DNA of 38,240 bases from Polyangiaceae bacterium (lineage in GTDB: Bacteria > Myxococcota_A > Polyangia > Polyangiales > Polyangiaceae). Positions 1-9,234 of the stretch are shown here, in pieces. A program made the translations under genes and the position numbers. Location: assembly GCA_044376115.1 (NCBI GenBank), contig JBILLK010000049.1, forward strand, positions 1 through 38,240, read 5' to 3'. Position 1 is the stretch's first letter. The number at the start of each line of letters is the position of its first letter. The notes below the pieces were generated by a model, which made no database searches, was not told the DNA's origin, and saw only the letters and a list, made by a program, of their open reading frames with translations.

Positions 1-129
1 TGAGTCCGGGCTGATTGGAGACAACCAAGAAAACGGATAAATCGAAGCTGAGCAGACGAAGGAACCACGTTTAGACCTGTCACCTATGTGCCCGGTCTGA
101 TCTGTCACCTATGAGCCAGGTTCTTCACA
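1..129. mobile_element. Probable right end of an IS481-family insertion sequence
   Basis: Two copies of CTGTCACCTATG (77-88, 102-113, 25 bp apart), each followed by a CCGG/CCAGG-like motif, ending in ...TTCACA at 129. This matches the multi-site terminal repeat ending in ACA-3' typical of IS481. Bases 1-70 are AT-richer than the flank. No transposase in the window. Confidence 0.6.
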
Positions 130-162
130 CGCGCGGATCGGAATAGTTGTACCCTTGCACCG

Positions 163-1134
163 ATGTCCCAAACGACCCGTCGCGGAATACTTGGTGGGCT
201 AGCGTCTGTGTCGGTCGCTGCTTGCGCGTCCGATGCAGTGACACCGCCTGGGCAGCCTGGCGAACAAGCTGCAGCCACCGGCGGGACCGGAACCGCAACA
301 CTCGAAGATCGAACACTCGGCAGTACGGGCGTTTCGGTGGACGCATTTTCGCTTGGCGGTGAAGGCATCCTCCGCACGCGTGGCCGCGAGCGCGACGCTG
401 TGCCGATGATCCTCGAGGCGATTGAGCTGGGTGTCCGCTACATGGATACAGCGCCGGCCTATGCGGGTAGCCAGGACTACTACGGAGCCGCCTTTCGCGA
501 GGCGGGCCAGGCGGCGCGGAAGAAGATCTTTCTCGCGACGAAGACGCACGAACGCGACCGTGACGGAGCCCGAGCGCTGCTCGACGACAGCTTGAAGCGG
601 CTCGGTACGAGCTGGGTGGATCTGTGGCAGATGCATGATCTGCGCTCGGCGGATGATCTCGATCGGATCTTCGCGAAAGACGGCGCGCTCCGCGCGGCGA
701 TCGAGGCCAAAGAGCAGGGCCTCATTCGCTTCATCGGCATCACCGGCCACGCCGATCCAAGCATCCTGGTCGAGGCGATGAAGCGGCACCCCTTCGACAC
801 CGTGCTCGCGGCGATGAACCCGGCGGATCCCGCGCGAGCACCGTTCCTATCCACCGTCGTGGTCGAAGCTCGCAAACGCAAGATGGGCGTGATTGGTATG
901 AAGGCGCTCGCTGTCGGCAAGCTGGTCGCCGACGGCGTCGCCAAGGCGCCCGAGCTGATTCGCTATGCGGCGAGCTTCGCCGATACCGTCATCATCGGCT
1001 GTTCGTCCAAAGCCGAGGTCCGCGCCAACGTCGCGGCCTCCAAACTCGCCTCGCGTATGAACGCCGAGGAGTTCGCCGCCCTCGAGGCCCGGGTGCAGCC
1101 CAGCGCAGAGCGCTACGACACGTTCAAGGCATGA
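163..1134 (+). CDS. Aldo/keto reductase with twin-arginine (Tat) signal and possible lipobox
   Basis: TTRRGILGG...VAAC N-terminus; AKR motifs LGSTG-SV--FSLG, YMDTAPAY, IFLATK, SLKRLGT-WVDLWQMH, G-IRFIGITGH, GVIGMK. Confidence 0.93.
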   Translation: MSQTTRRGILGGLASVSVAACASDAVTPPGQPGEQAAATGGTGTATLEDRTLGSTGVSVDAFSLGGEGILRTRGRERDAVPMILEAIELGVRYMDTAPAYAGSQDYYGAAFREAGQAARKKIFLATKTHERDRDGARALLDDSLKRLGTSWVDLWQMHDLRSADDLDRIFAKDGALRAAIEAKEQGLIRFIGITGHADPSILVEAMKRHPFDTVLAAMNPADPARAPFLSTVVVEARKRKMGVIGMKALAVGKLVADGVAKAPELIRYAASFADTVIIGCSSKAEVRANVAASKLASRMNAEEFAALEARVQPSAERYDTFKA

Positions 1135-2006
1135 CGCCGATGACCGAGCCGCTCAACAACCCCATCAAGCTCGTCGTCGCGGGCAAAACGCATACGCTGT
1201 CGGTGCTCGAGTCGCGCGGGACCACCTCGTTCTCTGTGCGTCCCACCTCCGTGCATGTGGCCCCCATCAAGAACGCCCCGTCCGAGGCCATCATCAGGAC
1301 ATCGGGCAGCGCCGCGATCATCGCCGCCATCGTGCCCTACGCCATGGAGCACGCGCGCGCCGCGGGCCTGCGCGTCACAGCCAATGACCCGGCGACGCTG
1401 AAGCTCCTGTCGGCGTACGACGACCTCCGCTCGGATCGCGGCGCGTTCATCGAGCTCGAAGTACCCAAGCAGGTGCTTCGCTTCTGCCGCATTTTCGTCA
1501 ACAACGTTCCGGGCAGCGCGCGCCTCGAGTCGACGAAGTTTCGCAAAGATAAGAAGGAGATCGTCGCCACTTGGAGCGACCCGCGGCCGCAGCTCCACGG
1601 CTTCACGGCAATGCGCACGTTCACGGCTGCGCTCGACCAGGCGCTGATGGCGCGCCTGCGAGCACGCGAGACGCAGCAGCTCACGGCCGTGCGCTACGAG
1701 GAGCCCGCGGATCTCGATCACGGAGCTAGCCTGACAAAGGACGCGGTCGCAAGAGCCGTGGCGCGCGGCGCGATCTCGCTCGATCAAGCGGACACGGAGG
1801 CGTGGAGCGCGCACGCCGCCGCTCAAATCATGCCCACCCTCGTGCGCGCGGCGCTTGCTGAGACCGGCGAGGCACGGCACGAAGCGGTGGTGGAAGCCGC
1901 GAGCATGGTCGCTTCGCTCGCCGGAGTGACCGAAGCGGACAGGTCGACGTCAGGGGTCGAGCAAGAGCTCGCCACCCTCATGGAAGGTCGTAGCGATGGG
2001 AGCTAG
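1131..2006 (+). CDS. Hypothetical protein (start may be 1140)
   Basis: Long ORF with GC-rich third positions; ATGA overlap with the AKR stop. Confidence 0.75.
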   Translation: MTPMTEPLNNPIKLVVAGKTHTLSVLESRGTTSFSVRPTSVHVAPIKNAPSEAIIRTSGSAAIIAAIVPYAMEHARAAGLRVTANDPATLKLLSAYDDLRSDRGAFIELEVPKQVLRFCRIFVNNVPGSARLESTKFRKDKKEIVATWSDPRPQLHGFTAMRTFTAALDQALMARLRARETQQLTAVRYEEPADLDHGASLTKDAVARAVARGAISLDQADTEAWSAHAAAQIMPTLVRAALAETGEARHEAVVEAASMVASLAGVTEADRSTSGVEQELATLMEGRSDGS

Positions 2007-2424
2007 CAGCTGGGAGTATTGGGTTCCGTATCAAGCGGACGTGGGCGTGGCGCTCGAGGCACTGCGCTCCGAGGTCTTCGCCGCGGGCACGTTCTACGCT
2101 GGCCAGGGCGAGCACAAGGTCGAGGGCGCCCAATCGATCGAAGAGCTCTTCGCGCGCCTTGATGCGCTGGGTCACGCCGACGGGACGCACTCGATCCTCG
2201 ACATGACCAAGATCGACAGCGAGCCCGGGTTCGGTGTCGCAGCGCCGCTCACCGCCGATCAGATCGACGCGCTGTTCGAGACGCAGACGCCGACGCGCGC
2301 CCAGATCGAAGCCGCGCGTGCTCTGCTCCTGGAGGTCCGCGAGGGCGGGAGCGGCTCGTATTTGATCGCCTACGAGGGCGATGAACCGAAGGAGCTCTAC
2401 TTTTTCGGCTTCTCGGGCGACTGA
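1996..2424 (+). CDS. Hypothetical acidic protein (MGASSWEYWVPYQ...GTHSILD...YFFGFSGD)
   Basis: Overlaps the upstream stop; protein-like composition and strong codon bias. Confidence 0.85.
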   Translation: MGASSWEYWVPYQADVGVALEALRSEVFAAGTFYAGQGEHKVEGAQSIEELFARLDALGHADGTHSILDMTKIDSEPGFGVAAPLTADQIDALFETQTPTRAQIEAARALLLEVREGGSGSYLIAYEGDEPKELYFFGFSGD

Positions 2425-2496
2425 GACGCTGCGGGGCGGTCGTTCCGGAAGCTTTAGCGACCCGTTGAGCTCGTGCTCGTCACCGAGTGACGACGG

Positions 2497-2913
2497 CTAT
2501 TTGACTTTCATCACGCTCGAGATCGATGGGACACAAGGGATCGCCTGGCCTTCCGGCGACACCCGATACTGGCTCAGCGACTTCCCTTCGCGAAGACTTT
2601 TGCCGCTGATGATCTGGGTGTGACCGTTCTCGAGTTCTCTGATCCTTACGCCGCCCCTCGTGGCCTGCTTGAGCGCCGCCGCCTGCTCGAGCTGCTCCGA
2701 GCGCGGGCGCGTGAATACGGTTCCGTCGCTGCGTACACTACGAACGCTGCCGTCCGGCAACGTCTCCGAGCTCACCACGCGCCGGTCGGTGTAGTTGCTG
2801 CCGGTTGGGGTCTTCGCTGGAGCACAGGCAGCCCTTCTCTCCTGTTGGACCTGCCACCAATCCTCGATTGCCTTGATACGCCCCCAAGTGCCGTTGGTCG
2901 TAGGCTCTGCCAT
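2497..2913 (-). CDS. Hypothetical protein
   Basis: 138-aa ORF with ATG start and plausible composition; no family recognised. Confidence 0.55.
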   Translation of the reverse strand: MAEPTTNGTWGRIKAIEDWWQVQQERRAACAPAKTPTGSNYTDRRVVSSETLPDGSVRSVRSDGTVFTRPRSEQLEQAAALKQATRGGVRIRELENGHTQIISGKSLREGKSLSQYRVSPEGQAIPCVPSISSVMKVK

Positions 2914-3204
2914 GAGCGTCGAATCTGCAATTGCGGGGCCACTTCAATGCCTTAGCGATTGCAAGCGACTGTGCTGATTTTGTACGGCCACAGCACGCAA
3001 CTGCTCGCTGGTTGGACATCATGACCAAGCAACGGGCCGGTCGCTACGGCCCGCTAGCGCGCTGGCAGCGCGCTGGCTCACGGCTGGGTCTGGGAGGCAA
3101 ACCGGCATACGTGCGCCTCGCAGCGTAGCGCTGGGGCTTTGGCGGGTGCGCAGCGGCAACGGTAGCTGGTGGTCGCGTTCAATCGGGACTTGAAGGCGAG
3201 TGGC

Positions 3205-3615
3205 TCAGTCAAAGGCGTCTAGCGTCGTCTCGACGATTCGGATGGGTGCGCCGTCGTGCAAGGCCCGAAAGGTTGACCACGAGATGAACGCGACTGGCTT
3301 GCCGCGCGGCGGCTCGACCACGGTGACATCGCGTTGGTCTTCACCATCATCCCCGAGGTACTCGCACTTCCAGTTGTGCTCGAGGTCACGCAAGCTCGGC
3401 CAGTCTTCTTTGATACGACCGGTGAGCTTGCTGGTCCGCTCGTAGAAGACGGCGAAGGGCACTACGATGCACCCCACGTAGGGCCGGGGGACATTGGGCG
3501 AGTCCTCGAGGTGTTTCGGTGAAATCACCCCGACGGCCGACGCACCGCCAATGAACATGAGCCTTCCCAAGGTGACCTGCCGCCGGGGGACACACTTGAG
3601 AGCGACGGGGTCCAT
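3205..3615 (-). CDS. Hypothetical protein (start uncertain; MDPVALK chosen)
   Basis: The 3' two-thirds of the 3205-3837 ORF is protein-like; the 5' part is Arg/Ser-rich and probably non-coding. Confidence 0.5.
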   Translation of the reverse strand: MDPVALKCVPRRQVTLGRLMFIGGASAVGVISPKHLEDSPNVPRPYVGCIVVPFAVFYERTSKLTGRIKEDWPSLRDLEHNWKCEYLGDDGEDQRDVTVVEPPRGKPVAFISWSTFRALHDGAPIRIVETTLDAFD

Positions 3616-3876
3616 GAGCCGAAAGGTAGCGAGCCAACGAGCCATCGACAACGAGCGCCGCGTCCCGTCGCCGTTCGCTGGCGTAGGCTCGAACACCCTG
3701 AAACCCGAGCGAGGACGCGAGGAAGCTTTGCTTTTGCGGCTGAACGAGCGCGATTTGCAGGTCGAGCCGGGCGCCAGAATCCGAGTGGGTATCGGGCGCC
3801 CACGCTTCGTATCAGCGGGGGTCGAACGGCTCAGCAAAGTGGCTGAGCGCTGCCTTCGGGCAAAGGAGCTTGCGCG

Positions 3877-4602
3877 ATGAATACCGGTGTTTCGTTCCTC
3901 GTTCTAGCTGCCGCTCTCAGCGGCTGCGGCTTCATCAAAGTCAACGGCGGCGCCGCCGAGCCCGAGGCTTTAGCAACGCCCGCGGCGGCCGAGAAGACGC
4001 AAGCGGAGCCGTCCACGGCCTCCACCACGCCGGCGGACGCGCCGAAGGCGAAGACCAAGGGCGACCTGCAGTGCGAGAGCACGCTCCTCGGCGCGTTGCA
4101 GAGCAAGGGCGAGCTCGAGCGCAACGGCGAGCTCTCGCTCTCGACCGCGAACAAGGGCTTCTCGGCTGACAACCTCAAGGCGAACATCAGCAGTTGTTAC
4201 AGCGGCTACGGCGAGACGGCGCCGGCCGAGAAGCTGGCCGAGGCGGACGCGATGGTGAAAGAGCTGCTAGAGGCTGCGATCGCGGCTGCGCCGAAGTGGA
4301 AGATGCCGGACGCCGCTGCCTCGGACGCTGCGGCCGAAAAGGCCATCAAGGCGGACTTTCTCGTGCAGCACCCTGACAGCGACATCAAGCGCGTGGTGAT
4401 GACCAGCGGTTGGAAGCAGAACATGAACGGCTTGGTCGTGCGCAACCGCTACAAAGAGGCTGTCGTCGTCATCGGCGTGAAGGACACCGACATCTGCATG
4501 CGCGTGCTGGCGAACGCGGCGCAAGACGCGAACGGCGCCGGCTTCGACACGAAGTGGAAGCACGACGTATTCGTGAGGGGGACGGTGGTGCCCTGCAAGT
4601 AG
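3877..4602 (+). CDS. Hypothetical lipoprotein
   Basis: AAGGAG ribosome-binding site; signal peptide with LSGC lipobox; Ala/Pro linker; strong codon bias. Confidence 0.88.
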   Translation: MNTGVSFLVLAAALSGCGFIKVNGGAAEPEALATPAAAEKTQAEPSTASTTPADAPKAKTKGDLQCESTLLGALQSKGELERNGELSLSTANKGFSADNLKANISSCYSGYGETAPAEKLAEADAMVKELLEAAIAAAPKWKMPDAAASDAAAEKAIKADFLVQHPDSDIKRVVMTSGWKQNMNGLVVRNRYKEAVVVIGVKDTDICMRVLANAAQDANGAGFDTKWKHDVFVRGTVVPCK

Positions 4603-4659
4603 GGCTCTTGAAGAGAGAGTCAGCTGCAGTCGGAGCAGCTCCGCGGAGCCGCTCCCTTT

Positions 4660-4688
4660 CAATGAGCGGTCTGCCTGCCTAAAGGCCC
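4660..4688 (+). repeat. 29-bp dispersed direct repeat, copy 1
   Basis: CAATGAGCGGTCTGCCTGCCTAAAGGCCC, 28/29 identical to 7104-7132. Confidence 0.9.
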
Positions 4689-6350
4689 TCACCCGACCGG
4701 TTCATCCTCAAAATGGGGGTGGGTCGAGAGCCACTTCAGCGCTCCGCCACGGCTGACGACCTGACGCGCAAGCTCGCGAACCGGTTCGGCGTCTTCGACC
4801 GCCCAGATCCGAAGCGTGTGCAACGTCTTAGCGAGGGGCGAGTCGAGCAACCGCGCCACATCCACGGCTTTTGTCAATGCCAGGTTGAGCACCTGCAGCG
4901 AAGAGAGCTCACGCAGCAACGGTATCGATGCAGATGGTTCCTTGACTGAAAAAATGTCCAATTCAGAAAGCCGCTGAGCGTTTGCTCCGGAGAGCCAATC
5001 CTTGAGATCGGTGTTCGTGGTCCACGACGCTTCGGCGTGGGTCATCTCAGAGAACGCGGCTGCACGTCCGAGCTGCCCGAATGCTTTGGCGCGCTGGGGA
5101 AGTTCGAGCTCTTTTGCCCTCTTACGCGGGGATATGCTCTCCAACGGTGCATCGGGGAATTGAGTGCCCAGCACGAGCCTAGAGATCTTCGTCACGTCGT
5201 TCTTGGCGAGCCCCTCCATGACCTCATAGAAGGCCAGGCTACTACCGCGCAGCTTCAACGCGATCGGCTGCCTGACCGTGAGCGCGGCAAAGTCTCCTGC
5301 GAGGTTGGAAAGCTCTCCCGCTTCGACGTCCCAGTCGAGGATGAGCTCCTGCAGGTTTGTCAGCTGCGACGAGGTCAAGAGCGATGAGAGTGAACCGACC
5401 TTCAACAAGTCGCCCTTCCTAAGCATGAGCCTGCGCACCGAGCGCAACGCCTCGCAGGCCGCTAGTTTCTTGAGCTGTGCCTCATTGCTTGCAATCACCG
5501 ACACGGTTTCGATCGGGTGGTCAGCGAAGAGGGCCGCGCCGTGCGAAACGAAGGTAGGGGCCTTGATTTCGACAGCGGCGACCAAGCCTCGCTGGAACTC
5601 GTAGGCTTGGCAGTGGGTCGCCGCACTGCCCGCGAACCTCTTGCTGAACGCGGCTTCTAGCTCGCGCAGCTTTTCGTTGTCGACACGCCTTGATTCGATC
5701 GAGGTTTGGTGCTCTTCCAAAGATGCATTGGCAGGACTAGGTCGGGCCGCCGCTAGACGGCATTGAAGCCGGATGAACTCCGCCTGCGGATCTCCCCGGA
5801 GGGCAAGCCAGTCAGCATATGCAAGGCGCGGCTCATCCTTCTGTGGAGCGGCGAGCACGGCAGCCAAGGGGCTCGGCTCTACAGCTGCCTCTTGGAGAGG
5901 AGCAACGTTGAACTCGACTCTTCTGCCGCGAAAGCCTTTGCTCTGCGAGGCCCACTTATGAGCGACAGCCTGGTTCTTGAGCAGGTCCTTGTACCAAGGA
6001 GTGAGTTCGGGCCAGAAATCACTAATCTTGGGCTCGCGTTTGGGCATGAAGTCGGAAGTGAGACTGACCACGATCTTCCTTTTCTGCCGCACAACAAGGC
6101 AACACGACTTGTAGGAAGAGCTCCTCATGTGGGTGGGGTCTCTGGTGAAGTCGAGGGCAATGCCGTGGAGTGCCTGCCCTGCCTCATGCAGGAGGGTCAC
6201 CACTCGACCGGGATCCATGCCCAGAAGATTCGACAGCAGAGCCTCGGCAAGTTCCGGTGTGAGCTCGACGCCGAGCATGCCAGACGCCGTTGCAAGAGCT
6301 GCAGGATCCTTCGAGCGCAACGCACCCAGACAGAACTCCACGTTGATCAT
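4689..6350 (-). CDS. TIGR02996 domain-containing protein with LRR-like C-terminus
   Basis: LAAVLAAPQKDEPRLAYADWLALRGDPQAEFIRLQC, then FQRGLV and L-L repeats (LTNLQELIL, LSELDI, LQVLNL). Confidence 0.88.
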   Translation of the reverse strand: MINVEFCLGALRSKDPAALATASGMLGVELTPELAEALLSNLLGMDPGRVVTLLHEAGQALHGIALDFTRDPTHMRSSSYKSCCLVVRQKRKIVVSLTSDFMPKREPKISDFWPELTPWYKDLLKNQAVAHKWASQSKGFRGRRVEFNVAPLQEAAVEPSPLAAVLAAPQKDEPRLAYADWLALRGDPQAEFIRLQCRLAAARPSPANASLEEHQTSIESRRVDNEKLRELEAAFSKRFAGSAATHCQAYEFQRGLVAAVEIKAPTFVSHGAALFADHPIETVSVIASNEAQLKKLAACEALRSVRRLMLRKGDLLKVGSLSSLLTSSQLTNLQELILDWDVEAGELSNLAGDFAALTVRQPIALKLRGSSLAFYEVMEGLAKNDVTKISRLVLGTQFPDAPLESISPRKRAKELELPQRAKAFGQLGRAAAFSEMTHAEASWTTNTDLKDWLSGANAQRLSELDIFSVKEPSASIPLLRELSSLQVLNLALTKAVDVARLLDSPLAKTLHTLRIWAVEDAEPVRELARQVVSRGGALKWLSTHPHFEDEPVG

Positions 6351-6524
6351 CGTCCACGACTCCCTTTCCCCTGACGGCCCGGTGACTAGAGCCTCGTACG
6401 ATAGTCGTAATGTCCGCCGTCGTGGGACCTTGGAGGCAGCAACTGGAAGGCCCGGCCTACGCGATGGGTAAGGCGCCCAAACAGCGGATGGTCATGGGCA
6501 GAACGTCATGCTAGACGCGCTCGC

Positions 6525-7109
6525 ATGATGGGTACGCGTGACGCCGTACGATGCCTTTTCACCCTAGTGGCGCTCGGATGCGGTGAGAACAATACCGGCA
6601 CCAGCCAGTCTTCGAGCGGCTCCGCCGCCGCGTCGGCGACGAGCAGCGCTCCCGCGCCGAAAGCGGACCGCTGCCTCACACCGAAGGGCTGCATGGAGTT
6701 CACGGCGCAATCGGTCGTCAAGGACCCGAAGGCCGTGTGTGACGCGATGGGCGGAGTCTTCGCGAAGGAGCCATGCGAGCGGAAGGACGCGCTTGGGTGG
6801 TGCGCAACGGTGGACGGTGACCTCAAGGGCACCGCGCTCTTCATGTACGGCGACGGCGACGCAGAAGCGCTCCGAAAGGGCTGTGAATCGGAGCTCCTCG
6901 GCGTCTGGACCAACGGTCCGAAGGCAAGCTCATCAACACGTCCGTCGGCGGCCGACCCAGCTCCCACTCCGTCTGCCACTCCCGAGAATCAACCTTCTGC
7001 TGCACCCAATTCGGTCGCTCCGCCCGGCGGGGCCGCCAAAGCCCCAGCGCCTCCAAAGCCCGCCTCGCCCAGGCGTCCAACGGCTCCCGGCGCGGACCCG
7101 TTCCAATGA
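6525..7109 (+). CDS. Cys-rich lipoprotein with Pro/Ala-rich tail
   Basis: LVALGC lipobox; six-Cys domain (CLTPKGCMEF...CDAMGGVF..EPC...GWC). Confidence 0.82.
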   Translation: MMGTRDAVRCLFTLVALGCGENNTGTSQSSSGSAAASATSSAPAPKADRCLTPKGCMEFTAQSVVKDPKAVCDAMGGVFAKEPCERKDALGWCATVDGDLKGTALFMYGDGDAEALRKGCESELLGVWTNGPKASSSTRPSAADPAPTPSATPENQPSAAPNSVAPPGGAAKAPAPPKPASPRRPTAPGADPFQ

Positions 7110-7132
7110 GCGTTCTGCCTGCCTAAAGGCCC
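7104..7132 (+). repeat. 29-bp dispersed direct repeat, copy 2
   Basis: CAATGAGCGTTCTGCCTGCCTAAAGGCCC; includes the stop codon of 6525-7109. Confidence 0.9.
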
Positions 7133-7214
7133 CTCCGACTGAGGGTGGGTCGGCGATCACGGCGAGAAGATCGAGCGAGGCCGCGGGTCTGAACGCGAAT
7201 GAAGCAGTGCAGGC

Positions 7215-7685
7215 TCAGATCACCATACCGGGCTTCTCCCCTGTGACCTTCCACTCATCGCCGTCTAAGGCGACCGTGTACTCGCGCTCGCTCGTCGTCA
7301 TGCCGCCGGCATGCGGGCCTCCGCCGGTGATCTTGGCCGTCGCTTCGTCGACCCACGTGATGGGGCCAATGTCGAGGCGAACAGCGTTGCCGCCCGCGAT
7401 CAGCACGACCGGCCCAGTAGGCCCACCGCCGCTGCACTCTGCGTCCGGAACGGCGCGCGGAAAGCTCGCCCTGACCGCACCGAGCACAGCGGAGAAGTCC
7501 GCTACGTCGCCGCGCACGGCCAGGCAGACGTTCGTGCTCGCGTCGAGACGAGCCTGCTCGAGCTCGTGCAGATAGACCGCCGCGAGCACCGCGTCGTTCT
7601 TAGACAGCACGCTGCTCTCCGTGGCCGTCGGAGAGCTACCGGCCCCACACGCGATCGAGAAGACCAGCACAGCGACTCTTTCCAT
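7215..7685 (-). CDS. Hypothetical lipoprotein
   Basis: VFSIAC lipobox-like signal; codon bias. Confidence 0.8.
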   Translation of the reverse strand: MERVAVLVFSIACGAGSSPTATESSVLSKNDAVLAAVYLHELEQARLDASTNVCLAVRGDVADFSAVLGAVRASFPRAVPDAECSGGGPTGPVVLIAGGNAVRLDIGPITWVDEATAKITGGGPHAGGMTTSEREYTVALDGDEWKVTGEKPGMVI

Positions 7686-7768
7686 GCTCGCAACCTACCG
7701 CGCGCCGCGCCGCTCCGTCCATCGCCGCGCGACGCCGCTTGGCTTGGGCTCCTGGACCCGAAGGGCGC

Positions 7769-8440
7769 TCAACGCGGGAAGCGACGCGCCTGCATGAGAG
7801 AGCCGCAGAAGAGCGGTTCAAGCGAGGGGCCCGGGTACTCGTTCTCCATCGCGATCAGGCCGTCGAGGATCGCTCCCAAGGCGTCGATCGCCAAACGCTC
7901 GTCTTCCGAGACCTCGCTGTCGATCCAGACGGGCCGAGCCCACTGGTGGTCTGTATCGAACGCCGCAAGCCTCTTGTCTCCCCGGCGGAGAACGAAGCCG
8001 ACATGGGTCGACCCGGTCGCCCAAGGTTCGGCGGTCGTCGCGTCCTCGTGGACGAACCACGGCTCCAGGCTCGCGGTTCCGGCTGGCGTCTCGACCTCGC
8101 CCGACGTGCAGCCGTTCATCAGCCGCAACGTCAGGAGCCCCGGACTGCTGCATCGGTAGCTGCCGTCCGGCTGGTGTTCGCAGCGGATACTCGCCTCCCC
8201 AGCCTCCGACTCGACGCCCACGTCGACGCGAACGCGGAACGAAGACGAAAGCAGCTGCAGCGAGCAACGGACGTTGCTGACGAGCGTGAACGTGCCGCGC
8301 GGCGACTCGACCGCGTTGGGGGCGCTCCCTTGGGTGAGCTCGTAGCGCTCCCACGTCGCGCCGCTGCGCGCCGGAGGGACGGGGTTGATGCTGCACCCAG
8401 CCGACGCGAGCAGGACCCACACGCTCATTGCCAGTCGCAT
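7769..8440 (-). CDS. Hypothetical lipoprotein (start re-assigned to MRLAMSVWVLLASAGC)
   Basis: Signal peptide with SAGC lipobox begins at ATG 8440 (or 8428). Confidence 0.72.
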   Translation of the reverse strand: MRLAMSVWVLLASAGCSINPVPPARSGATWERYELTQGSAPNAVESPRGTFTLVSNVRCSLQLLSSSFRVRVDVGVESEAGEASIRCEHQPDGSYRCSSPGLLTLRLMNGCTSGEVETPAGTASLEPWFVHEDATTAEPWATGSTHVGFVLRRGDKRLAAFDTDHQWARPVWIDSEVSEDERLAIDALGAILDGLIAMENEYPGPSLEPLFCGSLMQARRFPR

Positions 8441-8534
8441 AGAGATGGCATAGGGTCGGCTTGCGACCAAATCAACGGGCGCTCCAGTTTGCTCGTCTTC
8501 TTCAACGCCAGTACGCTCGAAGATAAGTGGCCCA

Positions 8535-8780
8535 GACAAGGAGCTACTCGTGCGGCTGGTGGTGCTTGCGCATCCGTCGTTGCCGAGCAGCGCGCTCGAT
8601 CGGTTGATGAAGGACCCCGCGAGCCCCGTGCGTGAAATGCTCGCGCGCCGAACCGATCTCGGCGTCGAACGCTTGCTCCACCTCGCCTACGACGAGGACC
8701 GTGCTGTACGCGAGACGGTCGCTTCGCGGCCGGGGCTCCCGCGTGCGGTGGTCGAGGTTGCGGCTCGTCCCGGAGGCCCC
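8535..8780 (+). pseudogene. Fragment of a leucine-rich-variant / HEAT-like repeat gene
   Basis: DKELLVRLVVLAHPSLPSSALDRLMKDPASPVREMLARRTDL...DEDRAVRETVASRPGLP repeats; no convincing start or natural end. Confidence 0.6.
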
Positions 8781-9234
8781 CACTTCAATCTCGGGAGCTG
8801 GATCGTTTGTTGACATCGGACCCACTAGCGCGGCGTTCAGCATCTCGGCGAGCGCGAAGGTGCTCGTTGCGCAGTACTACCCAGGGCTGAGTCTGGCGGG
8901 CACAGGGCTAGGCAGTGGGGACCCATCCATGGTCGTCTTGAGCCCCATCGGGCAGTTCCAGGACACGTTCAGCATCTCCACGTCGAGCGGCGCGTACTCG
9001 AACTTCCTATCCTTCGTCCTTCCCTCCGGAACGACCGTGATGGTGGATGGAGTCCCGCTATCAAGCGCTGTGATCGGTGCCAGCGGGTTCGACTACGCCA
9101 ACACAGGCTTGACGGCGGGAACGCACACGATCTCGTGCGCCGGCACCTGCGCTGGCTCTCTGCTCGGCATTTCATCCGGCGATACCGGCGATAGCTACTG
9201 GCATCCGTTGGGAGCCGGGTTCAACCCGCTCTGA
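8780..9234 (+). pseudogene. 3' fragment of an IgGFc-binding-domain gene
   Basis: ISASAKVLVAQY...GDPSMVVLSPIGQF...VMVDGVPL...GTHTI...SYWHPLG is the characteristic end of this domain; no start codon or N-terminal part. Confidence 0.7.

Noticed and set aside
4660..7132. Integron attC sites
   Set aside because: No RYYYAAC...GTTRRRY core pairing, flanking genes point in both directions, and there is no integrase.
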